The notes under the pieces: generated by a model
Database searches by the model: none
Told to the model about the DNA's origin: nothing
The model's input: the letters and a program-made list of their open reading frames with translations, nothing else
In this document: positions 49,466-63,347 of the stretch, piece after piece
Layout: every line of letters starts with the position of its first letter
Position numbering within the stretch: position 1 is the stretch's first letter
Origin: Bilabrum cf. latius
Lineage: Eukaryota
Assembly: GCA_965178125.1 (NCBI GenBank)
Contig: OZ237740.1
Coordinates: forward strand, 1,302,001 to 1,366,000
Length of the DNA: 64,000 nucleotides
Direction: 5' to 3'
Translations under genes and position numbers: made by a program

Positions 49466-50586
49466 ATGGATGACACACTTCTGTACGGGGGTGGGTGCTG
49501 CGTGGGGCTTGCAGTGGTGAGTGCTGGGCCGTCCTTGTGCAGCGGTGTCTGCGTATGGTGCCCAAGTCAGCTTGCTCTGGTGCCGCAAACCATCACCGCA
49601 GGTTATTACGGCAATCGTGCTCATTGTTGTATCGTTTTCTACGATCGAACCCACTGAAGTGGGCGTGCGGTACGATACGGTGACATAGTCTCTAGACGAG
49701 ACTTAGGCTTGGGAAGCTGGGCGCTACTTTATTGGACCAGGACGAAGGTGAGATGAATCCTGCTCGGCACCCGCAAACATCGAAAATGTATTGATCCCGC
49801 TGCCCACTCCCGCTTGCTTTCCGTCACACCTCGCGCAGGTTTATCAAGTATCCGACAACTATCCAGACTGTTCGGTACGATGACGAGCAGGCTCCTCTGA
49901 TTCAGGCACGCACGAGGGATGGCCTGCCTCTAGGCCTGTCTGTAAGCTTCAACTACCGCCTGCAGACGGACATCACCGCGCTGCTGGACCTGTATTTGGA
50001 CTACGGCGAGCTTGGGGAAGTGCAGCTAGCCTACGATCGGACCGCCAGGAACTCGATCCGCGAGACAGCCAGCCGATTCCCAGTGTCAAGCTTCGTGGGC
50101 GACCGCGAGAACGTGACTCGAACCATGCAGCTGGAGCTGGACCAGGAGCTCCGCCAGCAGGCCGGGGTGATTGACTCGTTCGAGCTGCTGCAGTTCACCT
50201 TCCCCGAGGCATTCGAGGACGCCAGGAACCAGCAGAGGGCCGCCGAGGAGGAAACCAAGCAGGCAAGCAACGAGAGGGAGGTGGCCGAGGTCACGGCCAG
50301 CACCACCATCCGGCAAGCGACCATCGAGGCGGCCGCCATCATCACCCGGGCACAGGGCGATGCGCAGCAAATCGTGCAAGACACCATCGGCGCCATCGCC
50401 TCCTTCAGGCTGCGCCTGGAGGCCGAGGCCTCTGCCCTGGCCAACATCGGGCAGCGGCTTGGCTTCAACCAGAGCGAGCTGCTGGGGTACCTGTACCTGA
50501 GCCAGCTGTCCGAGGCCGCCAAGAACCCTGCCATCACGGCTGACGTTAGGTTGGACGTGCCCTCTGAACTGGACCCACAGCTTTGA
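49466..50586 (+). CDS. SPFH/Band 7 (prohibitin/stomatin-like) membrane protein (exons 49466-49516, 49602-49747, 49839-50586)
   Basis: N-terminal hydrophobic anchor, then SFSTIEPTEVGVRYD, GRYFIGPGRRFIKYP, IQARTRDGLPLGLSVSFNYRL and an Ala/Glu/Gln coiled coil. Two GTGAG...GCAG introns. TAG at 49686 and 49704 lie in exon 2. TGA 50584-50586. Confidence 0.85.
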
Positions 50587-50789
50587 TTTCGTACACATGA
50601 AATTGACTGTCTTGTGTGTTGGGTATTTCGTGCCTATCATCTCACACAGATGATCGCCAGGCTGAAATACAGAAATATATACAGGCTGATGGCGATGCCT
50701 TTGTCCCGTGCACATTTTGATGAGCACTGCAAAATCAGATGGCCGACTCCGCTGCAGCAACTGCGGCATTTGCGTGACTATCGGGCCCA

Positions 50790-53700
50790 ATGGGCCAGAC
50801 ACCGAGCACCGTACAGCAAGCGGTGCTATCGCTTCGAACACTCAAGGATGAGACTTGGGAAGATGTTCTGCAGAGGTTCAACGAAGACGTCCCAGTTTGG
50901 ATCAAGGTGGGTCTTCTGCTAGTTGGACTCAGCACACTGGCATAGGTCCTGTTCACCTGGTCCTTTCGTATCACAAATATTTTTCCATGTATCCTTCGCA
51001 GGGACACGACGGAAGGCTTCGGTTCAGCTACGATTGCACAGAATCAAAGGTATGCACCCAGCAGCAAGCCAATCCGATGGTGATGCTATCCATGCTTTCA
51101 ACGTCTCTCTGCGTACGATGTATCCACTCTATACGTATCTCAGGCATTTAGCAAAGTCATGGGATACTTGGAGCACGAGCTAAAGGATGTGGAGCTCGAC
51201 GCACGCGAGTACAACTTTGATGCTGCCAAAGTAGCGACTTTGCTTGGCGCCATGGATAGGCTTCTCGCCGCCAAAGGAGTGTATAAAACTGCATATACAA
51301 CGGACTTTGCACCACTTATCGTGCTTCTCAGAGCAGCCGTACGTGCTGAAGATGCCCGGACCATATGCTTGGCTCTTCAGGTATGCTTCACTTGGGTCAC
51401 ACGAGTTGGCTTCCCAGAGACGCGCAAGCGCGCCAAAGAGACGAATCAGGTTGCGAGAGAGAAAATTATGAAAGAGGCGTTCTTCAAAGCGGATGGGTAA
51501 GCAGCATGCCGCACGTATTGGCGCACCTTCATTCGCCTGCCGTGCGCCCGCCGGCACTCACTACCTCCGCGCTCAAATCTCTAGCGTTTTTTCCCCTCTA
51601 AAAATTGCAGTCTTGCAGCCGTGCTTGAATGTCTGGAGTTTATGCATGCCGGAACCCCTCCCGACTGTGCAGAGGCCTTCTTGCGCCTGCTCCTGTCGAT
51701 CGCGGTCACGAACCAGAGCACCACCCCATTCGAGCACACAGAGGCCGTCCTACAGGCCGTGCTTCAAAGGCAAGGTCTCCTGTGGGAGTGGTCCAGGAAC
51801 AGGGCGAGCGCATCCTTAAGGGTGGCGGCCTGCGGCATGCTCCGCGGGCTGCTGATGGAGCTGCCAGCGCACCAGGCGCGCGAGGTGCAGCGGGGGGCGC
51901 TGGACTGGGGCGGCCTGCTGTACCACCTGCGGCTGGCGGTGGCACCTGCCGTTGCGGATGGAGCCTTCTCTAGGCTGTGCGGGGCCGTTGCTGCCGAGCT
52001 AGAGAGGGCGGCGCAGAGACGGATGCGTCCGTTCCGACGGGCGCTGGCGGCGGGTGGCGTGGGCGGTGGCCTTGCAACGGCTGGCTCCGGAGCTGGGGCT
52101 GGGGCTGGGTCTGGGGCTGGTGGTAGGCAGGGAGCAAGCGGTGGCAAGGGGAGCGGGGAGCAGAAGGTGGGACCGGGTCAGTCTCTGGCGGCTCTGGCGG
52201 GGAGGCACACAGGGCTCGTGCTCGCGGATGGGCCCGCTGGGCCGGGTGGGAGCGGCGGCAGCGGCAGCGGTGGCAAGGCGGGCCCGCAAGACCGGTCCAC
52301 AACGGCGTGGGCTGCGGGCGCCGCCGCCACGCGGGCCGCCGAGGCTGCGTCCAGCCGCGAGGACGAGGACGGGAGGTACTACGACGAGTCCGAGATCGAC
52401 GCATCCAGGCTGCCGAAGGAGCTGCTGGCGCGTTGCTCAGAGGAGTGCGTGCATCCTGGCGCGAGAGAGGCCTCGCGGGAGGTGGTGGCCATGGTGTGCC
52501 AGGGGAACGAAGGGGCCATGCAGGTCCTCAGGAGGTGCCTCCCTCCCCATGTGCTAGCCCTGCTGACCAGGCCGGCCCCCTCTCCAGCATTCAAGGACGA
52601 GAGCAGCGGCAAGGCTGCCTCCAGCGGAGGCAAGGGGCAGGCTGCAGGTGCTGCGGGTACGGCGGGGAGTAGAACGGCGGCTGCTCCGGCATCGGCGTCA
52701 GAAGGCAGAGGTTCAGCAGGTGCTGCAGCAGAGGCGGCGAGCAGTGATGGCGCCGCTGGGGCTGGGGCTGGGGCCGCGGAGGGTGCGTCGGCCGGCAGCG
52801 GTGGCGAGGCAGCGGTGTCTCCGTCGAATGAGACCCCTGCCGAAGGTGTCGACGTGCCGGCGGGGCCCGGCGCTTGGATCTGCGAGGCCCACCGGCCGTC
52901 GCTGGTGGACGCTGAGCCGCTGATCGGAGTGGGCCGGCCCGGGTGCCTCTGGTGGGACGCCTCGCAGACTCCCCTGCTCAAGACGAGGGAGCAGCGGGAG
53001 GCTGCCGCGGCCAGGGCCAAACACTCGCTCTATCCCGGATCCGCCAGCCCGGCCAACGCCCCGGCCTACAAGCAGCTGCAGGGCGCGCAGAAAGCCGCGA
53101 CCCGGCTGGACTCGGGCGCGGCGGTCCCAGACGCCAAGAAGGCCAAGGACGCAGAGCTGCTGCGGCCGCCCACGTGCACGGAGGAGATCATGGCGTGCCA
53201 GGCGGCCTCTGTGGGCCTGAGCTCCTCGCAGCTGGCCTGGTCCCGGCTGTGGACCTTTGTGCTGAGCGGACCCAAGGATCACCCCACCTGCGTGTGGCGC
53301 GGTGTATCTCTCGCCGAGCTGAGGCAGGGGCTCTGGGAGGAAGAGGCCGCGCTGGACCGCACCCGACGGAGCTTCAAGCGGCGGTCGGGGGACAGGGGCA
53401 GGAAGCGCACGGCCGGGATGGCGGCCCTGATTGCGGGCGCGGTCAAGGAGGCCGACACGAGGAGGACGGCAGCGGGGCGGGCATGGTTCGGCAAGGAGGA
53501 CAGGCTGGAGGACAAGCCTGAGGTGCCTGACACGAGGGGCGAGTGCCCGGTCCCGTGGGAGCACGCCGCCGCCGCAGTGAGGTACAAGAGCCTCGAGGGC
53601 ATGCTGCGCGTGGGGGAGCTCTTCGTGGCCCCTCTGCTTGGGGTGCTGGAGCGGGCGGCCCAGGGGCACGCGCAGATGGCGCTGCCGCCCAGCTTCCTTG

Positions 53701-56700
53701 CGGACGTGCACATGGCGCTCGCGGGAGAGACCAACCCAAGGAGGGGCCTCGCGCTTCTGCGTTGCGCGCGGCTTGCGGCCGCCTGTGTGATCCTCGACCC
53801 GGACGCGGACACGGACGTGGACCCGACCGCCATCCCCCGGGTGCTTGGTCACCACACGGACAGGCTCGTGCCGAAGAAGCCAGCCGGTGCAGGCGACGGT
53901 GGTGGTGCATCTGCCCCTGCCCCTGCCTCGGCCCCTGCTGCAGCCACAAAGCAGCAGGGCGTGTCTCGCTCGTCCATCTCGCAGTTCGTGGCTGACCGCC
54001 CAGGGCAAACCATCGGTGGTGCTGCGCTGGGCCTCTCTGCGCATGCGCTGGACAAGTCTGAGCTGGTACCACTGCTGGTGAGGATGCTGGCGGCGTGCAA
54101 CGCCGGCCTTGGGGACGTAGCGGTGGGCCGGCCCGTCGCCGGAGTGGAAGCCGGGTACTTTGGCCGAGCCGGAAATGGGCCTGCGTTCGCTCCTGCCGGC
54201 AGCGGCAGCGTTCTGTTTCGGCAAGACGCCGAGCTGGGCGGCTCGGCGATCGTGGGGAAGGACCCTCTGCGGTTCGGCGTGCCGCTGGTGGGACTAGCGG
54301 GGAAGTCCGGTCCCGGCGACGAGGAAGCGAAGACAGGGGGAGGCTATGAGGAGGAGGAGCACGACAACGAGGAGGATGATCCGCTGACTGCAGAAGACGA
54401 GTTCGGGGGGTCGGCGGCCGGGGGACGATCTGGGGGCCGCCCAAGCAGGCGACCGTCATCGCTTCGGTTCGCTGCCGCCATGGAGGCGCGCCGGGAGCAG
54501 CAGGTCCGAGACAGCATGCGCACTGTCTGGCTGCTGGACACCATGCAGCGGCCCTCGAGCGTCCCCGGTATGCCCCTGCATTTCTTGCTCGCAGTACGCT
54601 AGGAGTGTGTGCTCGCGCTGCGGCTGCTGCTGACGCTGCCCTCCAACGCGGAGAGCCTGCTGAGGGAGGATCTGGGGATCGACGCGCTGCTACCGCTGCT
54701 CGTGGCCCCTGCTGATGCCGACCCTGAGCCACTGAAGCCGCTCGTAGGCGAAGGCGCCTCGAGTGGGGGGGCGGCCTCTTAGGATCAAGACGGGGACGGG
54801 CCCGCGAGCGGCGCGGGGGCCGGTGGAGATGCGGGCGAGGAGGACCACGACCACGACGACGACCAGCTGCATGCTTCGGAGGACGAGGGCGATCAGAGCG
54901 ATGGAGGCGGTGCTCGGGGCAGAGGAAGCGGCGGCAAGGGTGGTGGTGAGCCGGGTGATGGGGGCGAGGACGATCAGGAGGATAAGGGAGGGCTCGCTGG
55001 CGCGCGGCAGACGGACGTGTACTCCGCGCTGCTTCGCATCGATCCGGACACGAGGCTCGAAGTCTCCGAGGCAGCGCCTCTCACCGCTGCGCAGGCTGCC
55101 CGCGCGGCCTGCGAGGCGCTCATCGTGGGCGTCTGGGCCGCCCCCCGAGTGGCGCGGTCCTTCGCCCGTGAGGACCGCATGCAGGCCCTGGTGCTGCCCC
55201 TGCTGCAGACCACCTCGCACCCCCGCCTGGTGGCATCTGTGCTCAAGCTGTGCCGCGAGGTGCTGCCCAGGTGCCCCCTGTACCACCCCGCCATGCCCAG
55301 GCATGCAATCTTCCGCGTCCTGCTGCTCACAGGCGACTCGCTCTCGGCGCACAGGCAGCGGAGCAGGGCCAACAGGGAGCGCGAGCAGCGGTCGCGGAGG
55401 GCGCTGGGCCAGCGGGCGCGCGGGGCCGGCGGCGAGAAGCGGTCGGCGCAGCGCACCCGGGACGCCGAGGCCACGGACGAGGCCTCCGCAGAGAACCAGT
55501 TCCGGTTCACGCGGGTGGGGGAGGGCCTGTGCTTCGACGCCGCGGCACTCATCGAGGAGCTGCACCTCGCCCACGCGGACGCGTTCTATGCCGGGGACAA
55601 GGAGCTGTCCTCGGCGCCGACCCTCGCCATCGCGAGACACAAGGCCTCCCCGCTGTGCGACGAGGCGGCGGGGGCGGACGGCCTCGGCGAGCGGTCGCTG
55701 GGCCTCCACAGCGCGGGTGCCTCCCGAGCCGTGCTGGGGCCCTCTGACCCCACCCACGAGCTTGCCGACGTGGAGGCAGCTCGCGCAACCCAGTGCGCTG
55801 AAGAGTCTGGGGCTCGGCTTGCACCCGCAGTGGGGGGCTACCCAGCGGCGTACGGTGGCGTAGGCGGCATCGCCGCGGGGCAGGCGCCTGCGCTCAACAG
55901 CGCCGGACTGCTGTGTGCCGGCGCGGGCGACGGGCTGCCGACCTGGGCCTCCGCAGGAGGGGGTCTCGGCGCGTCGGCTGCGGCAGATGGGGGCCTGGGC
56001 TTGCTGGAAGGAGGAGGGGCTGCGTCGGGAGCGGGGGCGGGTGAGATGCCTGGCGCCGCCGCTGCGGCCGCCCTGCGACCCCCCGGGCTGGGCTCGCTGG
56101 AGCTCGCCCGCCCGTCCTTTCGGTCCTCGCTGCGGCGCCGTCGGACCACCACCAAGCAGGAGCACACGTTCGACCAGGCTTCCTCGCTGCAGATGCTGCT
56201 TCCCCCGAGCCTTGTGAAGCTCGTCCGCAAGCGAGGGGCCGCCGCCCTCTGCCGCGTATTCAACGCGAAGCTGCACGCCTCCAGCGACGCCCTCTGGTCT
56301 GCCGACATGCGGCGCACCCTCATGCGGCAGCTGCGCCGCAACCTGGCCCCCCTCCTTGGTTGGGTCAAGCACAGGGCGCTCGCTAGGCGGAGGCTGCACC
56401 CCGCTGCCCCGCTGACGGCCATGGAAGACCCGAGGGGTGGGCATGGCCTCTCGGGGCTGCCCGCGCTCTCTGGGACCGGCAGGCTGCCGAGTGCATGGGA
56501 CTGCGGCGCCGTGCAGACCTCCCCGCTCGGCCTGCCACCGGTCACGGGGGGTGCCCAGTTGGCCTACCCGTCCGTCCTGCACACGCCCGCCCCTCGGCGC
56601 GTGCGGTTTCCGCAGCTGGACGACGAGCCCCGGGTGGCTGGGGTGTACCTGCGCGTGTACGTCGGCGGGGCCCCGCTGCCGTGTGCCTCCAAGCGGTTCC

Positions 56701-59700
56701 TGCGCTCTTTGCTCAGGGGGCTGCACGAGGAGGTGGCGGCGCTGTCCGCGGCGCACCTGACGCTGGTGGAGGGCACGGTGGATGCGGCGGCGAGGCTGGC
56801 TGGCGTGGAGGTGAAGGGAGCGGCGACGGTCAAGGCGCGGGCCGGGGCGGCGGCCAGGGCGGGCGGGGTAGACGTCGGCAAGCAGGCCCCGGGCATGGAT
56901 GGCGGGGCTGGCAGTGCGCTGCACCGAGACGGCGGCGTGGCCATCGCGGAGGTGGGCGCCACTGTGGACCCTTCTCTGCTGCTGGCCAAGAAACCGGCGC
57001 CTGGTGACTCCGACGGCGGGGATAACGAGGACGGGGGCGGTGCCGGTCCGGGAGGGAAGCAGGGGCCCCACGGCGGGGGCTCCTCCTCTGGGGGAGGCAG
57101 GCGCAGCGGCGAGTCCGCGTGGGACCTTGCGCGGTCCTATCTCGGAGAGTCCGATCTGTCGGACGACGACGAAGCGGCCGTGGCTGCTGCGGGTGGCAGG
57201 CGGATACTGTCTCCCACGGCGCTCTACCGCAGGCACCACTTGCGCTGCCTCGTGACTCTGCAGGCGCTCGCTCGCTTCCTCGAGGACAGCCCGGGGGCGC
57301 CTATGCCCCTGCACGTCTTCGGCGCGCTGGCCGTGCTCATGGGGCTGCCGCAGGGGAGGTACCCGGCGGTGGCGGCGCAAGGGATCGACACGGCGGGCGG
57401 GTTTGCAGTGGACGAATCGGGGCGGGTCGACGCGTCGGGCGCCAACGTCGGCGGCGGGGCCGCGGCCTCGCCTCTGCCGTCGAGCTTCGGGCTCGGCGGG
57501 GGCGCGCCCGGGGCCGTGCCTGCGGCCCGCGGCTCGATTGCGTCCGGCATGTCGGAGGGTAAGCAGAGCGAGGGCGGCGGCAGCGGCTCGGACGACTCGG
57601 GGTCCTCCTCGGACGACGAGACGGCGCACAAGGGGCAGGTCGGCGCTGCCTCTAAGCCGAACGCCGCCAAGCTGCGGCTCTCCCTGGACACCACGTACTC
57701 CATCGACAACCTGCCTCCGCTGCCGGCGCCCCTGCTGCTGCTGCTGCCCCCGGCGGCAGTGTTCGACCTGGACGACGACCCTTTCAGGGACGCGTTCATC
57801 GACGCCACGCGGGCCGCGAGCTCCAGAGCCGGGGAGGAGACCGGTGGCGGGGGCAAGCAGAGGCCGCCGGGCCCGCCGAGCAGAGGCAGCGGCAAGGGCA
57901 AGGGCAAGCGGGGGTCCGCTAGGGTGCGCTTCGCCGGCGCATCCGACAACAGCGAGGCGGCTGCGAGCGGCGGGGCTGCAGGCGGCGGCCTCGGCCCACT
58001 CACCGCGGCGGACAGCGCGGTGTACGCTCCCCTCCGAGAGCAGCGGCAGGCAGAGCGCGTGCGGGGGCTGGCGCAGTCCGCCGAGCTGCAGGGGGAGAGC
58101 CTGCTGACGGCGGCCATAGCGTGTCTCAAGTCGGCCATCTGCCCCGCGGTGCAGCGGGTGGCCTCAAGGGAGGCCGTGGAGGACGCGGCGGACGGGGGCA
58201 GCCTTGGCGCTCTCCTGGGTCTCATCGGATGGTGCGTGCCACTAGAGTCGGCCGCCTGCCGGGAGATCCTGCGCAAGGCCGGCGCCGACGAGAACGTGCC
58301 TCCCATCGCGGCATCCGCGGACCACGGGCCGATTTTGCCGTCCAGCGCCAGCCCGGCGGCGCTGTCTCGCCCGGAGAGGGCTCGGCTGTGGCTCATGGAG
58401 CCGGTGCTGAGCAAGGGGCTCGACGTGGTGCGGCTGGCGTGCGGGAGCGACGCAGGGGTGCAGCTGTTCCTGCGGGCGCCGCACCTGGCCGCGCCCCTGC
58501 TGCGCTGCGCCAGGGCGCACTGGGACGAGTTCGATGCCGCGGCGAGGGCCAGGCGCGAGCAGGCCGCGCTGCAGGGGGCGGGGCGGAGGGACGTGAGCGG
58601 TGGCGCTAGTGGGCAAGGGGAAGAAGAGGATGCTGCTGGCGGGCGGCACCCTTCAGGTGCGCGAGGGGGGCAGCAGCAGGTGGTGGTGCTGGCCGGGGGT
58701 ATCGGGGGCCAGGGCATGTGGGTGCCTGACGATTTCCTGACGGCGCAGTCGGCGATGCGGCTGGTGGCTCCTGCCCTCCGCTGCCTCAAGGGCCTGTGCG
58801 AGGTGTACTGCCTGAAGCGCGCGCTGCTGGACATGGGTGTGGTGGTGCACCTCGTGCAGACCGCGGTGGCCGGGCCCAACGCCCTCGGGCAGTTCCCCCT
58901 CGCCGGGGAGGACCCGGACGAGGTGCCCTCGCCAGAGGCGCTCGGCTCGATGGGCGGGACAGTGCGGGAGGGGGAGGGGCGGGGGGCGGCCTCCGGTGCG
59001 GGTGGGCGGAGGTCCACTGCGGCCCCCACGCGCCGCCGGAAGTGGGCCCTTCTGGAGGACGACTCGGCCGCGATGCTTGCCGATGCAGGTGAGGAGCTGT
59101 CCATCGTGCAGGCCGTGACCATGGGGATGAAGAGGGCCTTCGCGGGAGCCAAGCAGGGACGCGGTGGGGAGGGGGGCGAGGGCGGCGGGGGGACTGGCAG
59201 TGAGGGAGGGGGAGAGGAGGAGGACGAGGGCTTCGACACCCACTCGTCTCGCCGAACGGGTCGGATGGCGGAGCAGGCCTCCGAGGTGAAGGAAGAGGAC
59301 GGCTGGAGCGAGATCCAGATCAGGAGGCTGGCGGAGATCGCGCTGCGGGTGCTGGTGCGGCCCCCCAAGCGAGTGGTCTCCGAGGCGGAGGCCAAGCGGA
59401 GGGACGAGGACAAGAGGCGGCAGGGGGTCATCGGGGGGGGCAGGCCGGCCGCGGGTGCTGGTGCAGACTCTGCCTCTGCTCCCGACCCGGCCTCGACCAC
59501 CCCACCAGCTGCTGCTGCCGCTGCCACCGGCGGGAGTGCCGCGACTGGAGACGCCTCGGACCAGCAAGCAGCCAAGCGCGCCAGCGATCGGATCAAGAAG
59601 AGGCAGAGCGTGTTCGTCGGGGGCGGCAAGGGAGCGGACGGGGGTCCCTTGCGGCTGGACTCGGCTCAGATGGTGGCCCTGGTGCAGGCCAGCAAGCAGG

Positions 59701-62700
59701 CCAAGGTCGCCAAGGCCAGCCCGCTGAGGGAGGAGGCGGCGGAGGAGGACTCCAGGGCCACGGAGCAGGCGCAGGCCGTGCTCAAGTCGCTGCTGACCCC
59801 GGGGCTGTACAACATGATCCGGCCCCCGCCCACCGCCGAGGAGAGGCTGGCAGCGGCCCGGAGGGACAGGGAGGCCGCGGCTGCCTCAGGCGCAGGGTCG
59901 GGCGCTGCCGGCGAAGCGGACTCGGAGCAGAATGCGCCCGGTGCAGGCGCGGGGGCCCAGTCGCAGTCGCAGTCGCACGAGTCCTTCGTGCGGGTTGCCC
60001 TCCGCGGGCGGCCCACGGAGAAGCCGAGGGTCATCTGGACGGAGCACCTGCGGAGGAGGCTGCTGCGGAGGCTGAGCCACGAGGCAACTTACGCGGACCA
60101 GCGGGCCGTGGCCCAGTGCCTCCGGGAGACCGTGGGCGTCGGTTCGCCCTGGAGCTGGCGGGACGTGTCCAAGAAGGCGAGGCGGAGGCTGAGCAAGGCG
60201 GTGCGAGGGATCATGGCCACCGGTCGCATGTCGGCGCTGGCGCGGATGGCAGCGAGAGGCAGGGACGGGGAGGAAGACGAGGACGAGGACGAGGACCCGA
60301 ACGAGGACCCCTCTGGCAGCGGCACCGGCTCTAGAGGCGTGGCCAGAGGAGGCGCTGCCTCTGCGGCTGCGGCGCACGAACAAGAGGCGCAGGACGACGC
60401 TGCCCAGCGCGCGATCGAAGCCAAGATCGTCCACGGGCACGTCGCGGCGAGACTCGGTGCCAAAACAGCGGGGGGCGGCGTTGCTGGAGCGGGTCTCGGC
60501 GCGCTGGGCGGGTCCCTCGGCGCGGGGAGTGCGGGCAGCGCGCTTGGCGGCGGGTCCGGGGTGGGCCCCGGTGGCCTCGGCGCGTTCGGTGCCAGCTCCG
60601 GCGTGGGGGGCGGTCCCGTGGGCGGTGTGGGCGGGCTCGGTCTGGGCTCGTCGGGGGAGGAGTTCGACACGGTGCTGCTGCCTCACAAGCGGGCCCCGCA
60701 CCCCATGCTGTGGCAGGGCGAGAGGTACTCGTCCCCCGACGAGTACCGCACGATCTTCCCCACGCTCGCCGAGGAGCTGGTTATCGAGGGCGTGTACGTG
60801 AGGCTGTACCTTCGAGAGAAGGACCTGAGCCAGGCCAAGCCCGAGCCCCGGTCCCTCGCCCTCTCGCTGCTCAACGACCTGCACGACCTGCACGACAAGT
60901 ACAGGGTGTACGACCCCATCCCGGAGAAAGAGCTCCGCGTCATGGCCATGCTGCTGCAGTCGGGGGCTACCCTGCTCGTGCGCATGCCCAGCCTGCGCTT
61001 CGTGTGCGCCGAGAGCGCGCACCTGCCCGCCCTGGTGACCATGCTGACCCGGGACCTCCTCGCGCACACGCGCACGATGCGGATGGGCCGCGGGGAGGGC
61101 GACGAGGTGGGCGGCATGGTGGGCCACCTGTGGGCCAAGGCCATCCACTCGGCGGTGGCCATGGCCTCCGTGGTGGCCAACTCACCCAAGGGCGCAGAGG
61201 CGCTCAGCTCCCAGCTGCACGCGGCGCACCTGCTGCTCCGCCGAGAGGAGATCCGCGGGGACGACGGGAGGTGGAGGGAGGCGCGGGAGGGGGAGGAGAG
61301 GGCCGCGCCTGGGCAGGGCACCGGCAGGAAGGCGGGGCCAGGGGAGGAGGAGGAGGACGAAGAGGTGGAGGAGAGTAGCGACGAAGAGGGGGGAGGGCAG
61401 GAGGGCGAGGGCCTGGGTGCACTCTCCACCCGCGGGGCCAAGCGGCTGTACATGGGCGAGGCGGCCTCGGGGATGCTCATGGACCGGAGGATCAAGCGCA
61501 CCGTGGCGACGTTCTGCCTCAGGCTGCTGGGGCACGTGCTGCGGAGGCACACGCCCTGCCGGCACATGTTCGCGGACCACGGTATCGCGCTGACTGTTCT
61601 CTCGGTCCTGTCCGAGGCCCTGCAGAAGCAGTCGGACGAGAAGCGGCTGCTGGCGGTGCGGGCGATCGTGGCTGCGGCGGGAGGAGGGGCCGCGCCACCG
61701 TCGTCGAGGACGTCGAGCGGTGGAGGCACGGCCCCGGCGGCGGCCGTGGCGGCGGGGGGGGCTGCCTCGGGGGCCGGGGCGGGAGCGGGAGAGCAGGCCG
61801 GGGGAGGATCGAGCCAGGAGGGTATGGACGGGGAGGCGGCGCTGACGATGCAGGGAGGGGTGGACGCCGCGAACGACACCAAGAGCGCCGTGGCGGAGGG
61901 GCTGGGCGACGGGGAGGCAGAGACGCGGGCGCTGGGATACGTGTGCCAGGTGCTATGGCCGCTGTTCGATAACAAGCTGCGGAAGAGGCAGGTGCTGGCC
62001 CGCGGGTGGGCTTTGCCCCAGGGCGTGGTGGCTGCCTGGAAGCAGAACTTGCGGGAGCCGCACATCTATTGGGGCAAGGACACGAGGGAGGACGTGGTGA
62101 ACTTTGTGATCCAGGAGTGGACCGCCATGGACGACTGGCTCGCGTCCAGGCCGGAAGAGCCCTTCCGTTACCGCCTCGACTCTCTGCGGGACAGGCTCAA
62201 GCGTCCCGCGCTCGAGAAGCAGCTCATCGTGGCCGACGTGTTCGTGCACGCATTCAACCGGAAGCCTTTCTTCCGGGACCTCGAGCCCAAGCCCTTTTTG
62301 CAGGCTCTGCTGGAGCGCGCGGGGACGGCCTACCCCATCGTGACCAACCCGGGGGTCACTCCCGAGCAGCTGGCAGACGTGCACGGCCTCTGGCGGGCCG
62401 TCGGCCACGTGCTGGAGTCGCACTCGTCACTCAGCGAGGACAAGGTGTGCGTGGACGCGGTGCCCCTGCTCCTGAGCTACCTGCTGCCCGCGGTTGCCTT
62501 CCACGCGCAGCACGCCGTGCTGGGCGTGCTGCACGCACTGGTGCAGGACACGGCCATCGTGGAGGCCGCGGATGCGTGCAGCCCCACCACCGCCGCGCGG
62601 GTGCTGGCGGTGTTCCCTGCCGCGCGGGGGGCAAGGGGGGCCGGTGGTGCTGGTGGTGCTGGTGGTGGTGCGGCAGGCGGGGCGGCGAGTGGGAGCGGGG

Positions 62701-63347
62701 CCTCGGGGGGTACTCAAGCCGCCGCCGATGACGTGGACAGCGTGCAGGACGGCAGCAGCGACGAAGATGAAGATGGAGATCAGGACGACGGCGACGAGCC
62801 GGACCCACTCCCTTCGGGCGAGTCGCTGCTGCTGGACACGATCGCTGGCATGTGCAAGCGGAGCAGTGCCCTGGGCCGGAGGTTCTTCCTCTCTGGTGTG
62901 GCTCTATATGCGGTGCACCTGCTGGCGACTCACGCGGGCGACGATGCCGCGGTGCCCATGGAGGTGGCTGCCCCTGCCGCCCGCGTGCTGTGCACCCTTG
63001 TGCTGGACCGGTCCCACGGGATGGCAGTCAAGGAGGTCGTCTGCGACATGCTGACGCCTTCCTTCAGCCTGCAGACGGCCTTCGAGCGCAAGCCCGAGGC
63101 CTTTGTGCGGTACTTTCTGAGGGACCACCGGGACGAGTCCTCTGGCCGCCGGTGGAACGGGGAGGCGAGGGAGAGGCTGCAGCAGTTCCTGGCCACGGAG
63201 ATATCAAACCTGGAGCAGGCCGTGAAGCGGGCAGGGGTGGACTCGTGGGATGGGAGGTCCCCACGCTGGGATTCTGCGAGGCTGCGGCAGCTGCACGCCA
63301 CGCCGATCGACGTGGCAGTGTTGCGGGAAGGGGCTGCCGGGGACTGA
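50790..63347 (+). CDS. Giant ARM-type protein (~4084 aa) with RME-8/DNAJC13/GRV2-like IWN repeats (introns 50907-51001, 51050-51143, 51497-51610)
   Basis: Repeated W-containing motifs, most followed by EL-hydrophobic strands: VWRGVSLAELR..MLRVGELFV, LWSADMRRTL..EPRVAGVYLRVY, IWTEHLRRRL..EELVIEGVYVRLY, YWGKDTREDV..QLIVADVFVHAF, RWNGEARERL. ORFs 51621..54602 and 55017..63347 are in frame and linked via TAG 54600 and 54780. TGA 63345-63347. The 5' exons are inferred from splice signals. Confidence 0.68.

Noticed and set aside
51498-51500. Apparent TAA/TGA stops inside genes (51498, 40507, 47629, 24596)
   Set aside because: Each lies within a predicted GT-AG intron whose removal restores the frame, so they say nothing about TAA/TGA reassignment.
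54690-62065. Long antisense ORFs (54690..57629, 57224..59629, 60683..62065 and similar elsewhere)
   Set aside because: These are shadow ORFs expected from high GC and codon bias opposite a real gene, with no recognisable motifs.
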